From NCBI GenBank assembly GCA_039090665.1, contig JAWCSL010000012.1, positions 1-16,430 on the forward strand: 16,430 nt of DNA. The letters are read 5' to 3'. How positions within the stretch are numbered: the first letter of the stretch is position 1; every line of letters starts with the position of its first letter. Positions 7,030-15,696 of this stretch are shown piece by piece. The notes below the pieces were generated by a model, which was given only the letters and a program-made list of their open reading frames with translations, did no database searches and had not been told where the DNA came from. This DNA is from Candidatus Aenigmatarchaeota archaeon. Its GTDB lineage: Archaea; Aenigmatarchaeota; Aenigmatarchaeia; CG10238-14; SCSR01. The position numbers were made by a program, and so were the translations under genes.

Positions 7030-8190
7030 ATGAGAAGAATTTACATGGATTATGCTGCTACAACTCCTGTAGACCCAAGAGTTTTGAAAGCCATGTTGCC
7101 TTATTTTTCAAAAAAATTTGGAAACACTATGAGCTTACATTCTTTTGGCCAAGAAGCGAAGAAAGCTTTGGAAGAAGCGAGAGAAAAAGTTGCCAAGCTT
7201 ATGAATGCAAAAAGTGGTAAAGTGATTTTTACTGGTAGCGCAACAGAAGCAAACAATTTTGCCTTGAAAGGAATAGCTTTTGCAAATCGCGAAAAAGGAA
7301 AGCACATAATTGTTTCAGCAATTGAGCATCACTGCATTCTTGAGGCTGCTCACTGGCTTGAAGCTCAAGGGTTTGAAGTAACTTATTTGCCTGTTGATAG
7401 ATATGGCCTAGTTGATCCTGGAAAGGTGGAAGAAACAATAAGAAAAGATACCATTTTGGTTTCAATCATGCATGCAAACAATGAAATTGGGACAATAGAG
7501 CCAATAGAAGAAATAGGAAAAATTTGCAAGCAAAAAGGAGTTTATTTTCATACAGATGCTGCTCAAAGTTATGGAAAAATTCCTGTTGATGTGGAAAAAA
7601 TGAATGTTGATTTGCTAACTGCTAGTGCTCACAAGATGTATGGACCAAAAGGTGTTGGAGCTTTGTTTGTTGCTGACAGTGTAAAAATTGAGCCTTTGTT
7701 GCATGGTGGAGGACATGAATTTGGCTTGAGGTCAAGTACGGTAAATGTTGCAGGTATAGTTGGTTTTGGTGTTGCTGCTGAAATTGCAAAAAAGGAAATG
7801 AAAAGTGAAGCTCAAAGACTTACGAAACTTAGAGACAAGCTAATCAAAGGTGTTTTGAAAATAGAAAGGTCTTATCTCAATGGCCATCCAACTAAAAGAT
7901 TGCCAAACAATGCAAACTTTAGATTCGATTTCATAGAAGGTGAGAGCTTGGTAACTTTTTTGGACATGAAAGGGATAGCAGCTTCAACTGGATCAGCTTG
8001 TTCTTCTGAATCTCTGCAGCCAAGCCATGTTTTGCTTGCTATTGGCTTAAAACCACATGAAGCTCATGGAAGCTTAAGGCTCAGTTTAGGAAGATGGACA
8101 AAAAAAGAAGAAGTTGATTATGTTCTTGAAGTTTTGCCAAAAATTGTGGAAAAGCTTAGAGAAATTTCGCCTTATAAGGGGAAGTGGTAA
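7030..8190 (+). CDS. iscS: Cysteine desulfurase (IscS/NifS, group I)
   Basis: YMDYAATTP, FTGSATEANN, HANNEIGT, HTDAAQ, SAHKMYGPKG (PLP lysine) and STGSACSS (catalytic Cys). Confidence 0.96.
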   Translation: MRRIYMDYAATTPVDPRVLKAMLPYFSKKFGNTMSLHSFGQEAKKALEEAREKVAKLMNAKSGKVIFTGSATEANNFALKGIAFANREKGKHIIVSAIEHHCILEAAHWLEAQGFEVTYLPVDRYGLVDPGKVEETIRKDTILVSIMHANNEIGTIEPIEEIGKICKQKGVYFHTDAAQSYGKIPVDVEKMNVDLLTASAHKMYGPKGVGALFVADSVKIEPLLHGGGHEFGLRSSTVNVAGIVGFGVAAEIAKKEMKSEAQRLTKLRDKLIKGVLKIERSYLNGHPTKRLPNNANFRFDFIEGESLVTFLDMKGIAASTGSACSSESLQPSHVLLAIGLKPHEAHGSLRLSLGRWTKKEEVDYVLEVLPKIVEKLREISPYKGKW

Positions 8191-8191
8191 T

Positions 8192-8704
8192 GTGAAACAA
8201 AGTTTGCCTTATTCCAAGCAGATAATTGAACACTTCAAGAAACCAAGAAACATGGGTAGAATTAAAAGTCCTGATGCTATAGGTGAAGCTGGTAACTTGG
8301 TTTGCGGCGATGTCATGAGACTTTACTTGAAAATTGGAAAGAACAAAAAAGGTGAAAAAATAATTAAAGATATTAGGTTTGAAACCTTTGGGTGTATTGT
8401 AGCTATTGCTAACAGCAGCATGCTAACAACAATGGTTAAAGGAAAAACTTTGGAGGAAGTGATGAAGATAAAAAAAGAAGATTTGATAAAAAAACTTGGC
8501 AAGCCCTTACCACCAATAAAAATTCATTGTTCAATTTTGGCTTTAGATGCTTTGCATGAAGCTCTTTACAATTATTATTTAAAAGAAAAGCTAACAATGC
8601 CAGAAGAATTGAAGAGAGAGCATGAAAGAATTCAAAAGACTTTGGGTGAAATTGAACAGAAACATAAAGAATTTGTTGAGATGGAAAAGAAAGGTTTAAG
8701 CTAA
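8192..8704 (+). CDS. iscU: Fe-S cluster scaffold IscU/NifU-N with a C-terminal helical extension
   Basis: YSKQIIEHFKKPRNMG, GNLVCGD, FETFGC and LPPIKIHCS. GTG 8192, just after the iscS stop, is preferred over the track start at 8114. Confidence 0.92.
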   Translation: MKQSLPYSKQIIEHFKKPRNMGRIKSPDAIGEAGNLVCGDVMRLYLKIGKNKKGEKIIKDIRFETFGCIVAIANSSMLTTMVKGKTLEEVMKIKKEDLIKKLGKPLPPIKIHCSILALDALHEALYNYYLKEKLTMPEELKREHERIQKTLGEIEQKHKEFVEMEKKGLS

Positions 8705-9325
8705 TTCTTCTTCCAACCTTTTTTCTGAAGCTGGCAATTTGAGGAAATAGATTATTCTCAAGATCCATTCAAGGCAAATCGTGAAAACAAGATATAGCAA
8801 AACTCCTGGAAATGAGGAGAGTAAGCTTTCCCATCTTGTGAGGAGTAACTCAAGTGAAAAGAAAGTTGGGTTTGTTAAGAAGATAAGCAGAAAAGTTGTA
8901 GGAACAATTGTGGCCACGTCCTTAGCTAAATTTTCATTGTAATAGGCAGCAATTCTGGTAAAAGAGATAACAGAAATTGAAACGAAAAAAATTTCTTCCA
9001 TGTTCAAAGACTCTGAAAGAAAGATGAGAAAAATGGAGAAAATCAAAAACCAGAAAAAAGTGTATAGAGGGAAGATGAAAGTATATTTGAAGAAAAAGGC
9101 AAAAGCTTCACCTATTCTTTCCCATTTGCTCATGTAAGGACTCAAGCTTATCTTAAACAAATCTCTTCTTGCGAGTGTTGAGTAAAATTTCCACATGATT
9201 ATACCAAAGATGAAAAGAGCAAAAGTGAAGATTGAAATTCTCAAGAAGGGTTCGGGTATTATTGAAGCAAGTTGGTGATAAAAAGGCAGCCTAGCCATCA
9301 AAGCAAAAATTCCTTCTAGTGCCAT
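8696..9325 (-). CDS. Hypothetical multi-pass membrane protein
   Basis: About five hydrophobic segments. Co-oriented and 14 nt downstream of the ABC permease. Overlaps the iscU 3' end convergently by 9 nt. Confidence 0.8.
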   Translation of the reverse strand: MALEGIFALMARLPFYHQLASIIPEPFLRISIFTFALFIFGIIMWKFYSTLARRDLFKISLSPYMSKWERIGEAFAFFFKYTFIFPLYTFFWFLIFSIFLIFLSESLNMEEIFFVSISVISFTRIAAYYNENLAKDVATIVPTTFLLIFLTNPTFFSLELLLTRWESLLSSFPGVLLYLVFTICLEWILRIIYFLKLPASEKRLEEELA

Positions 9326-9339
9326 AAAATATTTTTTCT

Positions 9340-10602
9340 CTACTCATATCTTAAAGCTTCAACCGGTTGAAGCTTTGCAGCCCTTCTTGCAGGCAAAAGA
9401 CCAGAAAGAACTCCTATCAAGAGAGAAAAAACAAGGGTAAAGAGAACTAGCTGAAGAGGAATGTAAACAACTGTTTGAGCCATGCCACCCATTCCCACCA
9501 TTCTAATTCCAATTTCTGAGATTATTCCAGAAACTATAAAGCCGAAGAAAATTCCTATCAAGCCTCCAACCAAACCTATTAAACCTGACTCAATCAAGAA
9601 GAGGAGCATGACTTCACCATCAGTTGCACCTAAAGCTTTTAGCGTGCCGATTTGCCTTGTTCTCTCCATCACCGACATGAACATTGTGTTGGCAATTCCT
9701 ACAGCCCCAACTATCAAAGAAATTGCTGCTATTCCTGCCAAGAAGAAATTCAAGGTCCCCATCACACTCAAAACTCTTTCTTGAATGCTTTTCACAGAAG
9801 TTATCGTGTAGTCTTTCGTGTTTTCTGTGACTTTTCTTGAGAGCATCAAAAGCTTATCTATTCTTTCTTCAACTTCATCCACATCTTCAACATTGCTAAC
9901 TTTAACAAGAATTGTGTTGTATTCATTTGAGCTTATGTTAAGAACAGTTTTTGCTGAAGATAAAGGCATGTAAATTGAGTTGTCAATACCTATCATTCCT
10001 CCTACACCAGTGGAAGCTTTCAAGATTCCAACCACTCGAAAAGATTTTCCAGCAACGCTTATTTGGGAATTAAGTGGAATTGGACTTTTGAACATTCTGT
10101 TAGCAACGTAATTTCCTAGCACTATAGCATTAACATCTCCTGGCATCAAATTCCTTCCTTCTTCAATTTCAAGGCTTACCATGTCCTTCCAGACAGCTGG
10201 GTCTACACCTTGAACCAAAACATAAACTTTTTCTCCTAAGTAGCTTAGCTCAGCTCTTCCTGAAATCATTCCGCTAACGTATTTCACTTCAGGAATTGAT
10301 TTGATGATTTGAATGTCTTTATCATTAAGCTTTGCTATAGCCCCACCAAATCTTGCTTGAAAAAATGTCCTTACATCAGCAAATTCTCCTCTTGCTCTTG
10401 TTGCCCCTGGAGAAATTGTTATCAAGTCTCCGCCTAAGCCACTGAGCTGAGAAGAAATGCTCTCTCTCATACCTTCGCCAACAGAAAGTATGCTTATAAC
10501 TGCAGCTATTCCTATGACTATTCCTAAAATTGTTAGCCAACTCCTCAATCCTCTTTGAGAAAGATTTCTTACAGAAAAGCTTAAAGCATCACTAATCCTC
10601 AT
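9340..10602 (-). CDS. ABC transporter permease, MacB/FtsX family
   Basis: RSWLTILGIVIGIAAV, large extracytoplasmic domain, GIANTMFMSVMERTRQIGTLKALGA and PARRAAKLQPVEALRYE. Confidence 0.95.
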   Translation of the reverse strand: MRISDALSFSVRNLSQRGLRSWLTILGIVIGIAAVISILSVGEGMRESISSQLSGLGGDLITISPGATRARGEFADVRTFFQARFGGAIAKLNDKDIQIIKSIPEVKYVSGMISGRAELSYLGEKVYVLVQGVDPAVWKDMVSLEIEEGRNLMPGDVNAIVLGNYVANRMFKSPIPLNSQISVAGKSFRVVGILKASTGVGGMIGIDNSIYMPLSSAKTVLNISSNEYNTILVKVSNVEDVDEVEERIDKLLMLSRKVTENTKDYTITSVKSIQERVLSVMGTLNFFLAGIAAISLIVGAVGIANTMFMSVMERTRQIGTLKALGATDGEVMLLFLIESGLIGLVGGLIGIFFGFIVSGIISEIGIRMVGMGGMAQTVVYIPLQLVLFTLVFSLLIGVLSGLLPARRAAKLQPVEALRYE

Positions 10603-10604
10603 TT

Positions 10605-11822
10605 TTACTTCCTTTTAAAACTTTTGAATTTTTTGAAGACGAAAAACTTTAGAAAAACTATAACCAAAATTATTCCGGCTGCGCCGATTATGATGTAGAG
10701 AGTGCTGTTGGTTGTTGGCTGAGATCTTGTGAATTGTATTCTTGTAGGAATTGTTCTATTAGAAAAAGTTCTCAGGTCGCTTCCACTTACTTCTTTTTGT
10801 AAAATTCTTCTCAAGCCTATGGCATCTGTGTATGAAATTTCAACTAAAAGATTTGTTGTTCTATCAACATTTGGCAAGTTCAGGAGCTGGAAGGTAGCAA
10901 AAGTATAATCGCCTGGATTTAAATTGCCCACCATGCTTGAAGAAGTCCCAACAACAATAAAGCTCTCTTGCCTAGGAATTCTGACAAGAACAGAATAAGC
11001 TGGGTTCATTCCTGTGTTTGCGATTGTAAGAGTAACAGAAGAGGAAGAAGCTTCTTGAACGCTGACTTCAAAATCAGTTTCTCCACTTATTTCTATTCCT
11101 GCTGTTGAAGCTATTGTTTGGTTTGTTCCGGATTTGTCTGTGTATTGGAATGTTATGGCTATTGGGTAAATTCCTGGAGCTGCGCTTGAGCTTACAGCAA
11201 CTTCTCTTGTGATTTCATAAACAGAGTTTGGTGGTAAGCTAGAAATCAATACTCTGTTATCATAGCCAACTGGTAATATGTAATTTGAAGCTGACCAAGT
11301 GAAGATCAAATTGTTTATTTGTAAGTTGCCCGTGTTTGCTATGGTGAAGGTCATATTTGTTCTTTCTCCAGGCTTGAGTGAAGAAGGTGAAATTGAAAGC
11401 AACTGAACAGTTGAAGGTGATTGAATGTTTATTATGGCGTTTGGTGTTATTGTTCTGCAAACAGAATCTTGGCAATAGTCTATTTGGAATTTCACGTTGT
11501 AGAGGCCGGGAAAAGCTGTATTCAGAACTGAAAATTTAAAAACTGTTATGGCTGTGTCGCCTATGCTTAAACCACCGAGCTCAGATATCCAATCACCAGA
11601 GATTTTTATCGGTGCATCTGAAGAAACTCTTGAAATTTTCACTTGATTGGCAGCAGCGTTTCCTGTGTTCTTCAAAGTCATTTGAATGTAGCCATCGCTT
11701 CCAGGGTAAACGCTAGCGGGATAAACTGAAAAAGTTGCTTGAATTATTGGGTCAGCAAAAACACTTTCAAAATTTAAAAGAAAAATTAAGGCTAAAATTG
11801 TTAGAAAAATTTTCTTTTTCAT
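10605..11822 (-). CDS. COG1361-like S-layer-domain / Ig-fold surface protein
   Basis: Signal peptide, three repeated beta-sandwich units with I/L-x-NTG motifs and PGLY/PGIY, and a C-terminal TM helix with basic tail. Sits between the ABC ATPase and permease, as is common in archaea. Confidence 0.8.
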   Translation of the reverse strand: MKKKIFLTILALIFLLNFESVFADPIIQATFSVYPASVYPGSDGYIQMTLKNTGNAAANQVKISRVSSDAPIKISGDWISELGGLSIGDTAITVFKFSVLNTAFPGLYNVKFQIDYCQDSVCRTITPNAIINIQSPSTVQLLSISPSSLKPGERTNMTFTIANTGNLQINNLIFTWSASNYILPVGYDNRVLISSLPPNSVYEITREVAVSSSAAPGIYPIAITFQYTDKSGTNQTIASTAGIEISGETDFEVSVQEASSSSVTLTIANTGMNPAYSVLVRIPRQESFIVVGTSSSMVGNLNPGDYTFATFQLLNLPNVDRTTNLLVEISYTDAIGLRRILQKEVSGSDLRTFSNRTIPTRIQFTRSQPTTNSTLYIIIGAAGIILVIVFLKFFVFKKFKSFKRK

Positions 11823-11823
11823 T

Positions 11824-12501
11824 TCATCCTCCTTTAATTATTCTACCATCTCTTAAATAAATTATTCTTTCAGCATATCTTGCTATGTTCATTTCATGTG
11901 TAACCATAACAATAGTCTTGCCTTCTTCTTGAAGCTTATTGAAGATCTTCATAACCTCTTCCCCACTTTTTGAATCCAGGTTTCCTGTTGGCTCATCAGC
12001 TAGAATTAAAGCAGGATCATTTGCCAAAGCTCTTGCTATCGCAACTCTCTGTCTTTCTCCTCCTGAAAGCTGAGAAGGTAAGTGATTAGCTCTTTTTTCT
12101 AAACCAACTTTCTTCAAGAGCTCGATTGCTCGCTTTTCACTTTCTCTCTTATCTTTTTCAGCTATCATCATTGGCAGCTCAACATTTTCCAAAGCAGTTA
12201 AAGTTGGATACAAGTTGAAGAATTGGAAGACAAAACCTATTTTCCTCCCTCTCAATCTTGCTAACTGCTTGTCTTTCAGCTTGGAAGTGTCAACTCCGTC
12301 TAAAAAAATTTTTCCTGAAGTTGGTTTGTCGAGCAAGCCGATCAAGTGGAGAAGAGTAGATTTACCCGAGCCCGATGGTCCGATAATAGCAACAAACTCT
12401 TTCTCTATTATTTTTAGATCTACATCTTTCAAAGCCGTGACTTCAACTTCATCCATCTTGTAAACCTTGCTCACTTTTCTTAATTCCACCACTGGCTTCA
12501 T
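11824..12501 (-). CDS. ABC transporter ATP-binding protein (LolD/MacB-like)
   Basis: [45 protein letters not shown] and VTH. Confidence 0.96.
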   Translation of the reverse strand: MKPVVELRKVSKVYKMDEVEVTALKDVDLKIIEKEFVAIIGPSGSGKSTLLHLIGLLDKPTSGKIFLDGVDTSKLKDKQLARLRGRKIGFVFQFFNLYPTLTALENVELPMMIAEKDKRESEKRAIELLKKVGLEKRANHLPSQLSGGERQRVAIARALANDPALILADEPTGNLDSKSGEEVMKIFNKLQEEGKTIVMVTHEMNIARYAERIIYLRDGRIIKGG

Positions 12502-12542
12502 TTTATCTCTTCTTATTGTTTGGCTTTAAGAAATAAAATAAT

Positions 12543-12980
12543 TCAACTTTTAACCAAATTTATAGTTTTAGTAGAATTTGCTACAGATTTCCCATTAATC
12601 CAAACTTCAGCATTTAAATCATAAGGCCCTGGATAAACTCCCCCACAGCCTGAAGTACAGTAAGGAGTTTTTTCTGTAAAGGTTATCTCATTTTCACCTT
12701 CTTTCAAATTAACTATTTTCGAATCGTTTATGTAAGCGTAATTTCTTGGTTTAATTCCCCAAACTCTTATGGTAACATTTTCCAAATCTTTTGAGCTTTT
12801 TATCAAGAGGGAAATTTTCATATCTTCATAAGAGCTGTATGTGTTTTTATCGGTAGCGAAATTCAAAATTTCAATTTCCGGATGCTTTTGACTCTCAATC
12901 ATTTTTGGATAAGTTGACATGAGTAAAATAGTTATCACTATAATTGAAGCAAAAATTGGTATGAAAGCTTTTTGAATCAT
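12543..12980 (-). CDS. Hypothetical membrane-anchored or secreted Ig-like protein
   Basis: Start corrected to ATG 12980 (MIQKAFIPIF), because the track start at 13070 lies inside the tRNA. N-terminal hydrophobic helix, TDKNTY, beta-strand pattern and YCTSGCGG. Confidence 0.75.
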   Translation of the reverse strand: MIQKAFIPIFASIIVITILLMSTYPKMIESQKHPEIEILNFATDKNTYSSYEDMKISLLIKSSKDLENVTIRVWGIKPRNYAYINDSKIVNLKEGENEITFTEKTPYCTSGCGGVYPGPYDLNAEVWINGKSVANSTKTINLVKS

Positions 12981-13014
12981 AATTTTTAAATCGATTTTAT
13001 TGAATAAAAGGCTG

Positions 13015-13108
13015 CGCCGAGGCTGGGATTCGAACCCAGATGGGCTTACGCCCGCCGGTTTTCTTGCCAAATTCGAGACCGGTGCCCTACCAATTAGGCG
13101 ACCTCGGC
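13015..13108 (-). tRNA. tRNA-Ser(CGA) with an 11-nt intron at 37/38 (13071-13061)
   Basis: Acceptor stem GCCGAGG/CCTCGGC with G73, anticodon arm CCGGT-CTCGAA[TTTGGCAAGAA]A-ACCGG, long variable arm GGGC-GTAA-GCCC, and T arm CTGGG-TTCGAAT-CCCAG. Confidence 0.93.
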
Positions 13109-13119
13109 CTAATTAAAAG

Positions 13120-13494
13120 CTAGTGTTTCAAATTTAAAATTAAATCTATTCCTGCTATTATCAAAGCTAGCTGTAAATCTTTCAAAGCAAAAAGGAGGGA
13201 AAAGAAAATTATCAAAGGCTTGGAAATTGTTGTCAAGATCTTCAAGATTTTAAAGTTGGAAAAAATAAATTCTACAACAAGCAATAACAAAAGGGTCCAG
13301 ATCAAAAATAGACCTTGTTCTCCAAGCAAGGGAAAGAAGAAGTTTATTATAAACAAGAGTAGCTTTGCAAACCAGCTTGTCAAATCGAAACCTATGATAA
13401 AAAGAGTTAGCCTGAAAGAAAAGGGCAAAACAAGTGGGTCAAACCATGAGAATAAAATCAAAGCTAAGCCTAAAAGATTTTTGATGAATTCCAT
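13120..13494 (-). CDS. Hypothetical integral membrane protein
   Basis: Very hydrophobic 124-aa product from ATG 13494 (MEFIKNLLG). The longer track start overlaps the upstream gene heavily. Confidence 0.7.
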   Translation of the reverse strand: MEFIKNLLGLALILFSWFDPLVLPFSFRLTLFIIGFDLTSWFAKLLLFIINFFFPLLGEQGLFLIWTLLLLLVVEFIFSNFKILKILTTISKPLIIFFSLLFALKDLQLALIIAGIDLILNLKH

Positions 13495-13883
13495 AATAAA
13501 GATTTGTTTTTCAAAGGATTTGTTTTCAAGTAGAGTAAATGGCTCTCGCAATTGCAATCAGAAGACCCAAATTTTTTTGCCAGAACAGAAGCTTTTAAAT
13601 CTTTTAAAATTTTTTGGTTCAGCTTGCATTCAAGCTTTGAGCTTGTCTCAATTTTAAGCACGCTTATGATTTTTGCATTTTTGTTTGCAAGCAAGTAATC
13701 AATGTGCCAAAATTTTTTCTTTTGTTTTTTCAAATGCCTTTCAAGTCTTGCTTCCAAATTGTTTAAAGCTGAGCCTGTGTAGATGTAAAAACCTTTTGGA
13801 AAATTGAACTTGCCGAGCTTGCCAATTTTTATTTCTTGATCTTTTCCCAACTCTATGAATAAAGAGTAAACTCCTTTAGACAT
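13470..13883 (-). CDS. GIY-YIG/Uri superfamily nuclease (DUF123, COG1833-like)
   Basis: KGVYSL, GFYIYTGSA, RLERH, WHIDYLL and FGSSDCNCESHL. SD AGGAG upstream. Confidence 0.88.
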   Translation of the reverse strand: MSKGVYSLFIELGKDQEIKIGKLGKFNFPKGFYIYTGSALNNLEARLERHLKKQKKKFWHIDYLLANKNAKIISVLKIETSSKLECKLNQKILKDLKASVLAKKFGSSDCNCESHLLYLKTNPLKNKSLLWNSSKIF

Positions 13884-13913
13884 TTTCTCCTTAATAAGAA
13901 TTCTTTTCGAAAC

Positions 13914-14987
13914 TTAAGTAATGATTCGGCCTTGAGTAGATTCTACATAATTTTCAAAAAGAGAAATTAATTTTTTGAACAAATTTTCTAACTTTTCAAC
14001 CTTTTTTGTTAACTCAATTATCTCCATCCTGTCTTTTAAAATTTCCGAAACTTGAAGGGAAAATAAATTTTGTCTTTCTTTAAGCTCTTCCGCAGTCTTC
14101 TTCAAATTTTCTACTGTTTCTTCGCTTTTCTTGCTAGAAAATTCTTTCCTCAATTTCTCAAAATCTAGCTTCAAATTATTGAAAGAATCTATAAGCTTAT
14201 CCAACAATTCCATTTTTTCTTTTATAAGTTTTCTTTCTTCGAGAAGTGTGGAAACATTTTCACTAACTTGAGCCATTTTCTCACTAGATAGGATTATCTC
14301 TTTCAGTTCTTCTTTTCTTGTTTTCAACTCAACAGCAAGCTCTTCCATTTCTTTCAAACTTGCTTCCAATTTCTTGCTTAAATTTTCTACATCTTCCTTC
14401 TTGGCAACCCCTACAAACTCAACCCTTAGCTTGTCAAATTCTTTGACCAAAGACTTAAACCTTTCTTTCATCTCTTCGCTCATCTTGTGGTAAGAAGAAA
14501 ACTCTTTATATCTCTTCTCGATTTCCATGAACATGCCTTCAACTTTTGCTGAATATTTGCTCATTGCCGCTTCAATCTCTTTTGCTTTTTCTAAATTTTT
14601 CTTAAAATCTTCTGCCATTTTTGAAACTGTCTCAAGATTTTTGAACTCAACAAAAGTTCTTCTCATTTCTTTTAGCTCTTCGATGATTTTATCCATGAGA
14701 ACTTCTAGGCTGTTTATTCTTGCTTTAACTGCTTCTATTTTCGCATCTGATTTGTTTACTTCTTTTAACAATTCTTCTGGCTTTATCTGATTTACCAGGT
14801 CTATAGTTTTTTTAATTTCAGCTTCAAGAGCAGCACTGCTTCTTTCATGTTCAACCAAACTGTTTCTCATCTCCCCTATCCTTTCGCTCAAGGCCATCAT
14901 CCTTTCATTCATAGCCTCCCTTGCCTTCAATAGGGCTTCTACTTGAGCTTTCAATCTCTCTATATCGGCTGAAGAAACATCAGTCAT
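13914..14987 (-). CDS. Hypothetical long coiled-coil protein
   Basis: 357 aa, E/K/L-rich heptad pattern along nearly the whole length, no ATPase motifs or TM segment. SD GGAG upstream. Confidence 0.8.
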   Translation of the reverse strand: MTDVSSADIERLKAQVEALLKAREAMNERMMALSERIGEMRNSLVEHERSSAALEAEIKKTIDLVNQIKPEELLKEVNKSDAKIEAVKARINSLEVLMDKIIEELKEMRRTFVEFKNLETVSKMAEDFKKNLEKAKEIEAAMSKYSAKVEGMFMEIEKRYKEFSSYHKMSEEMKERFKSLVKEFDKLRVEFVGVAKKEDVENLSKKLEASLKEMEELAVELKTRKEELKEIILSSEKMAQVSENVSTLLEERKLIKEKMELLDKLIDSFNNLKLDFEKLRKEFSSKKSEETVENLKKTAEELKERQNLFSLQVSEILKDRMEIIELTKKVEKLENLFKKLISLFENYVESTQGRIIT

Positions 14988-14988
14988 C

Positions 14989-15696
14989 TCAACATCTCCT
15001 TACCTTTTTTCCTATCAAAACTAAATATTCACATGCCAACATTAATTCTTGATCATCGCCAATAACATCTTCAATTTCTATAAATCTCTCCTTATTTCCT
15101 ATCAGATATTCTATTGGTATATTGCCAGAACAGTATCCGCTACCAACTATTTTTTCTATTTCTATGTCACTGAATAAATCTTTCAGTTGCCTTTGTGTCA
15201 ACATTTTCTCTGTAGCTATCAATCTTTCAATTTTCTCGACTTCAAAATTTTTTGTTAGCCAAAAGACTTTGTTTGCAAAGCTGGCAATCAAATAACAGTT
15301 TTCTTTCAAGACCCTTATCAATTCTTTAACAGCCTTTCTTGCATCAAGAGAATAGTTGATGACATCTCTAAGAGCAAGTACTAAGTCAAACGTGTTATCG
15401 CCAAACTTTAAATCACAAACATCACCTTCCACAAATTCAATCATTTCAAGCACATTTTGCTTCTCTGCTTCTCTTCTTGCAAACTCCAAAGCTGTTCTTG
15501 ATATGTCTAGCAAAACAACCTTGTATCCTAGTCTTGCTAATTCTATTGCAATTCTCCCTATACCACCACCGGCATCTAGAATGATACCTTTTTCCGGTAA
15601 ATAATTCTGTATGATCTTCAAATCTCTGATCGTGTCTATTTCTGTTGCTTCTGGGTAAATCCAATCTTTCAATTTCATCAAATCAGCCAAATTCAC
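14989..15696 (-). CDS. Class I SAM-dependent methyltransferase
   Basis: ILDAGGGIG (motif I), VVLLDIS, FVEGDVCDL, FDLVL and ELIRVLK. Start may instead be ATG 15678. Confidence 0.9.
   Translation of the reverse strand: MNLADLMKLKDWIYPEATEIDTIRDLKIIQNYLPEKGIILDAGGGIGRIAIELARLGYKVVLLDISRTALEFARREAEKQNVLEMIEFVEGDVCDLKFGDNTFDLVLALRDVINYSLDARKAVKELIRVLKENCYLIASFANKVFWLTKNFEVEKIERLIATEKMLTQRQLKDLFSDIEIEKIVGSGYCSGNIPIEYLIGNKERFIEIEDVIGDDQELMLACEYLVLIGKKVRRC

Noticed and set aside
6765..8768. Alternative-frame and antisense ORFs over the HTH gene, iscS and iscU
   Set aside because: They overlap confident genes and have shadow-like composition.
10677..10687. GGCTGCGCCGA repeated at 13010-13020 (tRNA-Ser 3' end), a possible att site
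   Set aside because: Only 6 of the 11 nt belong to the tRNA, this copy lies in-frame within an intact gene (IGAA of the TM helix), and there is no integrase in the window.
12981..13070. N-terminal extension of the 175-aa track ORF (MARKPAGVSPSGFESQPRR...)
   Set aside because: It is read through the tRNA-Ser gene. ATG 12980 gives a proper signal or anchor N-terminus.
13914..14987. SMC/Rad50 assignment for the coiled-coil protein
   Set aside because: No Walker A/B, signature, hinge or CxxC hook motifs, and the protein is too short.
9482..15664. Short ORFs at 9482, 9652, 11260, 12215, 13220, 14527, 15356 and 15446
   Set aside because: All are nested in or antisense to better-supported CDSs.
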